From Candidatus Heimdallarchaeota archaeon (GTDB lineage Archaea > Asgardarchaeota > Heimdallarchaeia > JABLTI01), in NCBI GenBank assembly GCA_030667035.1, contig DAOUWQ010000009.1, positions 1-12,523 of the forward strand: DNA of 12,523 bases, in the 5' to 3' direction. The position numbers and the translations under genes are program-made. How positions within the stretch are numbered: position 1 is the first letter of the stretch; every line of letters starts with the position of its first letter. The notes under the pieces are model-generated. The model saw only the letters and a program-made list of their open reading frames with translations. It had not been told where the DNA came from and did no database searches. This document shows, one piece after another, positions 6,861 through 12,523 of this stretch.

Positions 6861-8810
6861 TTACAGTTTCTTTGTATTTATTCTGTCCAATACCTTAGCT
6901 GCCTCATGTCGTACCTCTTCAGATACATCTTCGATTAAGCATTTACTCAGTGGTTCAACAGCTTCTACAAAACCAAGCATGCCTAAAGCTTTGACTGCAA
7001 AATGTCGCACCCATGCATCTTTTTCTTTAGCTAAGCATTTGCTCAATGGTTGAACTGCATCAACAGCACCAAGCTTACCCAATGCTTCAGCGGCTCCTCG
7101 TCGTACACCTGCAGATGCATCCTCGATTAAGCATTTACTCAAAGGTTGAAATGCGTCAAAAAAACCAAGCTCGCCCAATGCATCAACTGCATTGTATCGT
7201 ACTTCTCCTGCTTCTTCTTCTGTTAAACATTTACCAAGTGGTAGTACAGCATCAACAGTACTAAGCCTGCCCAAAGCAGCAGCTGCACCTTGTCGGACCA
7301 CTGAAGATGGATCTTCAGTTAAGCATTTACTCAGCTGTAGAACTACATCAATAAAACCAAGGTTACCTAAAGCATCAGCTGCTCCCTGTCGGACCACTGC
7401 AGATGGATCTTCAGTTAAGCATTTACTCAGTGGTTGAACTGCGTCAATAAAACCTAGCCTGCCCAAAGCATCAGTTGCACATCGTCGTACCCAAGCATCT
7501 TTATCCTTAGCCAAGCATTTGCTCAATGGCTGAACTGCTTTAACAACACCAAGACCACCCAACGCATCAGCTGCTTCGTGTCTTACAGCTACAGCTACAT
7601 CTTCAAGTAAGCTTTTGCTCAAAGGTTGAATTGCATCAGAAACACCCAACATACCTAAAGCCTTAGCTGCAGCTTGTCGGACCAATGCAGATGCATCATC
7701 AGTTAAACATTTTATCAGTGGTTGAACGGCGTTAACAAAACCAAGTAGACCTAATGCATCAGCTGCTTCACGTCGTACCTCTTCAGATATATCTTCGATT
7801 AAGCATATGCTCAGTGGTTGAACAGCTTCGATAGAACCAAGACTAACCAATGTCTTAGCTGCTCCTCGTCGTACCAATGCAGATGCATCATCAATTAAGC
7901 ATTTATTCAATGCTTGAACCGCGTCAACAGCACCAAGCTCGCTCAATGCATTAGTTACTTCTCGCCGTACATTTTCATCTTCATCTTTAGCTAAGGATTT
8001 TATCAAAGATTGAACTGCCTCAGCAAAACCAAGATCACCTAATATCCAAGCTATCCTTCTTCGCAACGCAGCAGATGCATCTTCGATTAAGCTTTTGTTC
8101 AGTGCTTGAACTGCTTCCACAGTTTTAAGCCGCTTCAATGCCTCTACCGCTCCTCGTCTAACATCTTCAGATGCTTCTTTAGCTAAGCATTTACTCAGGG
8201 GTTGAACAACGCCATCAAAATTAAGCTTACCCAATGCTTCAGCAGCCTTACGTCGTACCCAAACATTTTCATCTTTCACTAAACATTTACTCAATGGTTG
8301 CACTGCCTCAGCAAAACCAAGATCACCCAATATCCAAGCTGCAAATCGTCTTACCTCTGCATCTTTATCTTCAGCTAAGCATTCACTCAGTGGTTGAACC
8401 ACGTCAACATTACCAAGCTTGCCCAATGCCTTAGCTGCTTGTTGTCGCACCACAACATCTTCATCTTCTGCTAAGCATTTGCTTAATGGTTGAAGTGCTT
8501 CAGCGAAACCAAGATTACCCAATATCCTGGCTACCAATCGTCGTACCCAAACACTTTCATCCTTAGCTAAGCTTTTGCTCAGTAATTGAATATCTTCTAC
8601 AACACAAAAACTAGTCAATGCATTCGCTACCATTCTGCGAATACCCGCAACTTCATCATTCAATAAAAATATTAATCTATTAATAGCAGCACTTTTATCA
8701 GAATCGGTTTTATTGGGGAAATCTAAATTAATAATTTTAATTTCCTCTTTCAATTTTACAATTCTATCTTTACCATTATTTTTTGACAAAAGAATTCCTC
8801 TAAACCTCAA
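6861..8810 (-). CDS. HEAT / PBS-lyase-like repeat solenoid protein (19 tandem repeats)
   Basis: After a 40-aa N-terminal segment the whole protein is 19 consecutive units: the first is 33 aa, then 18 units of exactly 32 aa. The consensus is about VQPLSKCLxEDxxxxVRRxAAxALGxLGxxxA, the helix-turn-helix pattern of HEAT_2/HEAT_PBS-type repeats. The start is uncertain. The longest ORF begins at TTG 8810. An in-frame TTG at 8789 is preceded by AGAGGA with a 6-nt spacer. The first ATG (8633) would cut into repeat 1. Confidence 0.85.
   Translation of the reverse strand: MRFRGILLSKNNGKDRIVKLKEEIKIINLDFPNKTDSDKSAAINRLIFLLNDEVAGIRRMVANALTSFCVVEDIQLLSKSLAKDESVWVRRLVARILGNLGFAEALQPLSKCLAEDEDVVVRQQAAKALGKLGNVDVVQPLSECLAEDKDAEVRRFAAWILGDLGFAEAVQPLSKCLVKDENVWVRRKAAEALGKLNFDGVVQPLSKCLAKEASEDVRRGAVEALKRLKTVEAVQALNKSLIEDASAALRRRIAWILGDLGFAEAVQSLIKSLAKDEDENVRREVTNALSELGAVDAVQALNKCLIDDASALVRRGAAKTLVSLGSIEAVQPLSICLIEDISEEVRREAADALGLLGFVNAVQPLIKCLTDDASALVRQAAAKALGMLGVSDAIQPLSKSLLEDVAVAVRHEAADALGGLGVVKAVQPLSKCLAKDKDAWVRRCATDALGRLGFIDAVQPLSKCLTEDPSAVVRQGAADALGNLGFIDVVLQLSKCLTEDPSSVVRQGAAAALGRLSTVDAVLPLGKCLTEEEAGEVRYNAVDALGELGFFDAFQPLSKCLIEDASAGVRRGAAEALGKLGAVDAVQPLSKCLAKEKDAWVRHFAVKALGMLGFVEAVEPLSKCLIEDVSEEVRHEAAKVLDRINTKKL
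6864..8690 (-). repeat. In-frame 96-bp tandem coding repeat array (19 units) inside the HEAT-repeat gene
   Basis: 'gcatttactcag/aa-tggttgaac' and 'cgtcgtac' strings recur with a strict 96-nt period. Adjacent units at 7291-7334 and 7387-7430 are 43/44 identical. Confidence 0.85.
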
Positions 8811-8903
8811 ATTTTAAATTGTAAATTATTTAATATTTTACCCTAAAAGATTTAGATACAGATTTTTTTATAAAGATTGTTCAATTAGATGGTAAGTTGA
8901 GAT

Positions 8904-9299
8904 TCACCTTTCATGATGTTCAATTTTACTGGAAACCTTATCAACCATTTTCCATTCACCATTAATTTTAACAAAATTATGAAAATCGTAATACCAATTG
9001 GCAAATTGTAATTTTACACTAGCAATTGTTCCTTCTATTTGAATGGAAAGAATTTTGATAATAGCTTTGTCATACCACTCCTTCTTCGCTTTTTCATCTG
9101 GAAAGCGTACAGGATCTGGTATCCAGTGTTCGTAAAGATTCTTGCTTGTTTCAACATTGCCTAAAAATAATCTAGCATCCGGATGAACAACAGAAATCAT
9201 TTTCTCATAATTCAACTCTCTTGTCCCCTCAATATAGGTGTTTATTGTATCTTTTAATTTTTTAAATTCAGAGATATCTTTGTTTTCATTATCAGACAT
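8904..9299 (-). CDS. NTF2-like fold protein (putative lumazine-binding / SnoaL-like family), 131 aa
   Basis: From ATG 9299-9297: MSDNENKDISEFKKLKDTINTYIEGTRELNYEKMISVVHPDARLF...ILSIQIEGTIASVKLQFANWYYDFHNFVKINGEWKMVDKV. The 'Y(i/f)eG...fHPDArlF...ILSI...A.vk......y.D...lvK.nGeWkiv.Kv' pattern matches the Lumazine_bd_2-type members of the NTF2-like clan. The track's longer form (to TTG 9416) adds 39 codons of very AT-rich, promoter-like sequence. A GGCGTGA Shine-Dalgarno-like motif sits 7 nt before the ATG at 9299. Confidence 0.7.
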   Translation of the reverse strand: MSDNENKDISEFKKLKDTINTYIEGTRELNYEKMISVVHPDARLFLGNVETSKNLYEHWIPDPVRFPDEKAKKEWYDKAIIKILSIQIEGTIASVKLQFANWYYDFHNFVKINGEWKMVDKVSSKIEHHER

Positions 9300-9534
9300 A
9301 AATAGCTCACGCCTTGTTCCTTGGTAATTCTTAGATATGAAAGATAATAATACAATAAATAATTCAGATTTAAGTAATATTATAAGATAATTATAAACAA
9401 CAGCAAATTTCTCCAATTTTATCGAAAATGTTTATAGTTATTATTAACCTCAAAACTATCTATCCTCGAACCTTTCTTTGAGTTCTAGGTTTGGCAATTC
9501 ATCCTTTACGGAACAAGGTTGGTGACTCATCACA

Positions 9535-10722
9535 ATGCAGAGAATAACAAAAGTTACAGAACAAACTCTTTCAGGGACAAATCTTGTTAATTGGTTTCAG
9601 TTATTGCGAGATAACAAATTCAAAATTGGTTGGCGATATCTTCCACGGGCTCTTTTTATCAGTTTAATTACTTCTTTAACTGCTCCATTTGCTCTCTATG
9701 AAAAAATTCGTTATCATAAGAAAATTAAACAAACGAAGATCACTAAACCACCGGTTTTTATCATTGGGCACTGGAGAAGTGGTACTACTTTCTTACAAAC
9801 ATTAATGATTAAAGATCAGCACTTCGCTTATGTTTCAAATTTGCAAGCATTCATGCCATCCGTATTTATTAGTGGGGGTCGACTTTTCAAGCACATGCTT
9901 AAGCGTCTTATGCCTGCAAAACGAAGAATGGATAATATGAAACTTGGTATTTACGAACCTCAGGAAGAAGAATACGCGTTAGCTAATCTCACGAACATGT
10001 CACTTTATCATGGTATGGTTTTTCCTCAAAATCTTCGTGAATATTCCAAATACTGTTCTTTTGATGGTCTTCCTAAAAAGAAAGTTGCCAAATGGAAGAA
10101 AGTATTCCAACGTTTCCTTCAAAAGATAACCTTTTATTCAAATGGCAAGCAGCTCATACTGAAGAACCCATCAAACACCTTCCGAATTAAGCTTCTCCTT
10201 GAGATGTATCCTAAGGCAAAATTCATCCATATTTATCGTAATCCTTTCGATGTGTATCTCTCAACTTTGAAACTGTATAATGATATGTTTCCTTATTTCT
10301 TCTTACAAGAACCTTACACGAATCAAGAAAGTCAAGAATTTATTATTGATTTGTATGAAGAAATGTTTATCAAATACTTTGCAGAAAAAGATTTGATTCC
10401 AGACGGCAATCTCATTGAAATTAAATACGAAGATTTTGTCCAAAATCCTATCCAAGGTTTACAAAATATTTACCATAACCTAGGTTTGGAGCATTTTGAA
10501 GAATCCAGAGAAAATTTCAACGAACATTTAGAATCCGTTAAAGGTTATCAGAAAAACAAGCACGAGCTTGATGAAACAATAATTGAAAAGATTTCAAACA
10601 GATGGCAACTTACCATTCAAAGATGGGGTTACGGTCGTGTTAAGCGTGTAGCAAAACGTGTTGAACGTAAAGGCACTCGTCTAGAAAAACAATCAGAAAG
10701 AAAAGAAAAACGCTCAGAATGA
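9535..10722 (+). CDS. PAPS-dependent sulfotransferase family protein (Sulfotransfer_3-like)
   Basis: The 5'-phosphosulfate-binding loop is 'IIGHWRSGTTFLQTLM' (aa 76-91). The 3'-phosphate-binding motif is 'KFIHIYRNPFDVYLS' (R235...S243), preceded by 'LKNPSNTFRIKLLLEMYPKA'. A hydrophobic N-terminal segment 'LPRALFISLITSLTAPFALY' and a strongly basic C-terminal tail (RVKRVAKRVERKGTRLEKQSERKEKRSE) flank the domain. The ATG start has GGTGA (9521-9525) 9 nt upstream. Confidence 0.85.
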   Translation: MQRITKVTEQTLSGTNLVNWFQLLRDNKFKIGWRYLPRALFISLITSLTAPFALYEKIRYHKKIKQTKITKPPVFIIGHWRSGTTFLQTLMIKDQHFAYVSNLQAFMPSVFISGGRLFKHMLKRLMPAKRRMDNMKLGIYEPQEEEYALANLTNMSLYHGMVFPQNLREYSKYCSFDGLPKKKVAKWKKVFQRFLQKITFYSNGKQLILKNPSNTFRIKLLLEMYPKAKFIHIYRNPFDVYLSTLKLYNDMFPYFFLQEPYTNQESQEFIIDLYEEMFIKYFAEKDLIPDGNLIEIKYEDFVQNPIQGLQNIYHNLGLEHFEESRENFNEHLESVKGYQKNKHELDETIIEKISNRWQLTIQRWGYGRVKRVAKRVERKGTRLEKQSERKEKRSE

Positions 10723-10745
10723 TAGTTGTTCTTGAGCTTTTCATC

Positions 10746-10751
10746 TTTTTT
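10746..10751 (+). terminator. Short oligo-T run after the sulfotransferase gene
   Basis: A T6 run lies 24 nt after the TGA stop (10720-10722), in the 79-nt convergent spacer. Weak signal. Confidence 0.25.
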
Positions 10752-10801
10752 ATTCTACTATAGTTTGTTCTTCAATTAGGTCTGAATTATCAAACAACTG
10801 G

Positions 10802-11995
10802 TTACCAATCATCTGGTGTAGTTAATCCAGAGCCAGTGATGAATAGAACTGTTTTGTCACTTTTATCAATAAACCCTGATTCAGTCAATTTTATTGCTGC
10901 CGCAATAGTTGCTGCTGCTTCTGGGGCAACCATAATTCCTTCTTTTTTAGCGAAATCAAACATTGCATCCTTAATTTCAGCATCATCTACTGCTATTGCT
11001 GTTCCATTTGATTCTCGGAGAGCATTCAAAATGAGATAATCACCTATTGCTCCTGGCACTCGTATACCTGCAGCAAATGATTTCGCATTCTCCCATGGTT
11101 TTGCAAATTTGTCTCCTTGATGAAATGCTCTGACCATTGGTTGGCATCCTGTTGGTTGCACAGCAATCATTTTTGGTCGTTTACTATCAATAAGACCCAT
11201 CTGTTCCATTTCATCAAATGCTTTCCACATACCAACTATACCAGTTCCACCACCTGTTGGATAGATAATCACATCAGGTAATTCCCAGTTAAATTGTTCT
11301 GCAAGCTCTAATCCCATTGTTTTTTTACCTTCAACGCGGTAAGGTTCTTTCAATGTTGACATCGAAAACCAACCATGTTGTTTCCCAGCGGCTTTTGCTT
11401 TTACACCAGCATCACTAATTAAGCCTTCAACTAGTGTCAATTCTGCACCCATCGCTTCTATTTCTTTCTTGATAAATTCTGGAGTATCTACTGGAACGAA
11501 AATGTGCGCTTTTGCTCCGCCATGAGCTGAGTATGCAGCTAATGCAGCTCCGGCATTTCCTGCACTTGGTAAAACAAATTCCTTTTCTCCCAATTCTAAT
11601 GCTTTGGCTACTGCTGCACATAAACCTCTACTTTTGAATGTTCCAGTAGGATTTTGTCCTTCATCTTTGATGTATAGATTGTTTAAACCAATTTTCTTTC
11701 CAAAATTATTTGTTTTAATAATTGGTGCCCAACCCTCTCCTAAAGAAATGCGATATGAAGGATCTATTACTGGCATTATTTCATTCCACCGCCAGATGTT
11801 GAATACTTTTCTCATCTGAATCGATTCTTTTGAAATTGTTTCTTTTGCCTTCTCTAAATCATAATGTGCATAAAGAACTTTACCGCAGGCATCACAAAGA
11901 GTGTTTATTTCTTTATGAGAGAATTCTTTCCCACAATTTGTACATTCTAACTTCGTTATTACAGAACCAGTATTCGTGCTAATCAGTATCACCAA
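10802..11995 (-). CDS. thrC: Threonine synthase family PLP-dependent enzyme with N-terminal zinc ribbon
   Basis: It has fold-type II PLP enzyme features. The putative Schiff-base lysine sits in 'NPTGTFKSRG' (K121). Other signatures are 'PSAGNAGAALAAYSA', the glycine-rich phosphate loop 'YPTGGGTGIVG', and a C-terminal 'FITGSGLTTPD'. The N-terminal CxxC...CxxC ('CTNCGKEF...CDACGKV') is typical of archaeal-type ThrC. No ATG lies near the 5' end. The start is TTG 11995 or GTG 11992, directly after an in-frame TAG (11996-11998). A ThrC paralogue such as cysteate synthase cannot be excluded by eye. Confidence 0.8.
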   Translation of the reverse strand: MVILISTNTGSVITKLECTNCGKEFSHKEINTLCDACGKVLYAHYDLEKAKETISKESIQMRKVFNIWRWNEIMPVIDPSYRISLGEGWAPIIKTNNFGKKIGLNNLYIKDEGQNPTGTFKSRGLCAAVAKALELGEKEFVLPSAGNAGAALAAYSAHGGAKAHIFVPVDTPEFIKKEIEAMGAELTLVEGLISDAGVKAKAAGKQHGWFSMSTLKEPYRVEGKKTMGLELAEQFNWELPDVIIYPTGGGTGIVGMWKAFDEMEQMGLIDSKRPKMIAVQPTGCQPMVRAFHQGDKFAKPWENAKSFAAGIRVPGAIGDYLILNALRESNGTAIAVDDAEIKDAMFDFAKKEGIMVAPEAAATIAAAIKLTESGFIDKSDKTVLFITGSGLTTPDDW

Positions 11996-12014
11996 CTAAG
12001 TGAAACCTTCTAGC

Positions 12015-12024
12015 AAATATTTAA
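12015..12024 (-). promoter_or_regulatory. TATA-like box candidate for the thrC-family gene
   Basis: Reverse-strand 'ttaaatattt' is centred about 25 nt upstream of the TTG/GTG start. That spacing would give a leaderless or near-leaderless mRNA. Pattern only. Confidence 0.3.
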
Positions 12025-12064
12025 TGTTTTTCTATATTTCAGAAATGAATAAAAGTGGCAATTT

Positions 12065-12436
12065 TTACTTTACTTTTCGTTTCTTAGGTAATTTTATTGG
12101 TAATGAAGAGGTAAATAAAAATGACCGTTCTAACCATTTCTCAATTTTGGGTATGTTTCTGCAAATATTTTCAGATAATACCATATATTCTCTCATTTTT
12201 TTCCCCTCGAGAGGTTCGAAATGTTCACAATCAGGGTCCTCTTCTTGAATTGCTTTTCTATCTTCCTCTGACAATCTAACAAAAATAGTATCTTCGTGTA
12301 CCCCAGTAAACATATTATTATTTACAAAATAGGTTACGCTCCCAAACATTTTCTTTTGAGAACACTCGTAAGGTTGAACTATTGTATCCAATAGTTGCGT
12401 TAATTCTTGAGATGGTTTTTTCCATTTACCACACAA
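12065..12436 (-). CDS. TfoX N-terminal domain-like protein (stand-alone, 123 aa)
   Basis: 'KKMFGSVTYFVNNNMFTGVHEDTIFVRLSEEDRKAI' matches the TfoX_N pattern (MFGG.gyfv.G.mFa.v.dd.l.lRl). The start as read is TTG (12436), with an in-frame TGA two codons upstream. GTGAGGA lies about 11 nt upstream. Confidence 0.65.
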   Translation of the reverse strand: MCGKWKKPSQELTQLLDTIVQPYECSQKKMFGSVTYFVNNNMFTGVHEDTIFVRLSEEDRKAIQEEDPDCEHFEPLEGKKMREYMVLSENICRNIPKIEKWLERSFLFTSSLPIKLPKKRKVK

Positions 12437-12454
12437 TTTCTTTCAACTTCCTCA

Positions 12455-12523
12455 CTAGAATCCTTCTGTTAACCAAGGTTTCTTCATAGGGAACCATTTA
12501 TCTAATAAATCAATATCCGCTTT
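12455..12523 (-). CDS. Possible C-terminal end (22 codons) of a reverse-strand gene entering from the right edge
   Basis: My reverse-strand translation from the window edge reads KADIDLLDKWFPMKKPWLTEGF, then TAG (12457-12455). That stop is 18 nt upstream of the TfoX_N gene start, an operon-like spacing. The fragment is too short to classify. Confidence 0.25.
   Translation of the reverse strand, partial: KADIDLLDKWFPMKKPWLTEGF

Noticed and set aside
7046-8434. Track ORFs 7046-7264, 7192-7437 and 8234-8434 (+), antisense to the HEAT gene
   Set aside because: Their repetitive translations (runs of L, Q, H, S) are the antisense image of the 96-bp repeat. The periodic absence of stops is a by-product of the repeat, not evidence of coding.
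6864-8690. Periodic 96-bp repeat array considered as a possible CRISPR or satellite
   Set aside because: The units are contiguous with no unique spacers, are imperfect, and are exactly in frame within one long ORF whose translation is a textbook HEAT-like repeat. No leader or cas genes are present.
6861-8810. HEAT protein considered as deoxyhypusine hydroxylase (DOHH), because of 'VRHEAA' units
   Set aside because: DOHH is a much shorter protein of about 8 repeats, with four symmetrically placed His-Glu motifs for its di-iron site. Here only two of 19 units (units 12 and 19) carry HE, so the resemblance is family-level only.
6861-8810. Visibly higher GC of the HEAT gene considered as evidence of horizontal transfer
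   Set aside because: The enrichment is explained by the Ala/Gly/Val/Arg/Pro-rich repeat composition. The thrC-like gene is also less AT-rich than its surroundings. I cannot compute codon-usage statistics here, and no mobile-element signatures flank the gene.
9300-9416. 39-codon N-terminal extension of the NTF2-like ORF (TTG start at 9416), possibly a membrane anchor
   Set aside because: The extension is encoded by extremely AT-rich, promoter-like sequence, and hydrophobic residues arise trivially from T-rich codons. The internal ATG at 9299 has a Shine-Dalgarno-like GGCGTGA 7 nt upstream and begins exactly where the domain homology starts. The extension is not fully excluded.
9464-9497. GGTTCGAGG (reverse strand) T-loop-like string and a weak 7-bp CGAACCT/AGGTTTG inverted repeat upstream of the sulfotransferase; a similar GGTTCGAAA occurs at 12212-12220
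   Set aside because: The flanking bases do not form a T-stem or any other tRNA arm. The 12212 site lies inside the TfoX_N coding region. The inverted repeat needs a G-U pair and has a 14-nt loop, which is too weak to call.
10836-12248. Track ORFs 10836-11039 (+), 11427-11621 (-), 11604-11819 (+) and 12000-12248 (+)
   Set aside because: All are nested in or antisense to the thrC-family and TfoX_N genes. Their translations (Cys/Ser/Arg-rich or Phe/Ile-rich) show no domain features.
1-12523. Searched for a defence island, mobile element or other multi-gene novel system
   Set aside because: No nuclease, helicase, ATPase-NTPase, toxin-antitoxin-like pair, integrase, transposase, terminal inverted repeat or tRNA integration site is visible. 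The genes are a mix of housekeeping (Topo VI, ThrC family), signalling and accessory functions on alternating strands, so I do not claim a system.

Overview
This is an AT-rich, gene-dense window with about ten genes on both strands. It reads as ordinary archaeal chromosome, not as a mobile or defence island. Archaeal signals are a translationally coupled DNA topoisomerase VI operon (top6B-top6A), oligo-T tracts after genes, and TATA-like boxes 25-40 nt upstream of starts. The other genes are: (1) an edge-truncated membrane protein on the reverse strand, missing from the supplied ORF track; (2) a divergent PlsY-family (bacterial-type glycerol-3-phosphate acyltransferase) membrane protein; (3) an 815-aa REC-PAS-PAS-GAF-PAS-PAS response regulator with no recognisable output domain; (4) a 649-aa protein built almost entirely of 19 in-register HEAT/PBS-lyase-like repeats of about 32 residues (96-bp coding periodicity); (5) a small NTF2-like protein just upstream of it; (6) a PAPS-type sulfotransferase; (7) a zinc-ribbon ThrC-family PLP enzyme; (8) a TfoX_N-domain protein. 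I saw no rRNA, tRNA, CRISPR array, transposase, integrase or recognisable defence gene, and I could not identify a clear multi-gene novel system. The least-explained block is the co-oriented NTF2-like plus HEAT-solenoid pair, with the sulfotransferase transcribed divergently from it. The PlsY homologue in an archaeal context comes next. The gene mix is reminiscent of AT-rich Asgard (Lokiarchaeia-like) genomes, but that cannot be established from this window. Many longest-ORF starts in the track are really TTG or GTG codons, so several 5' ends are uncertain. All coordinates, repeat counts and identities were counted by hand from the sequence.
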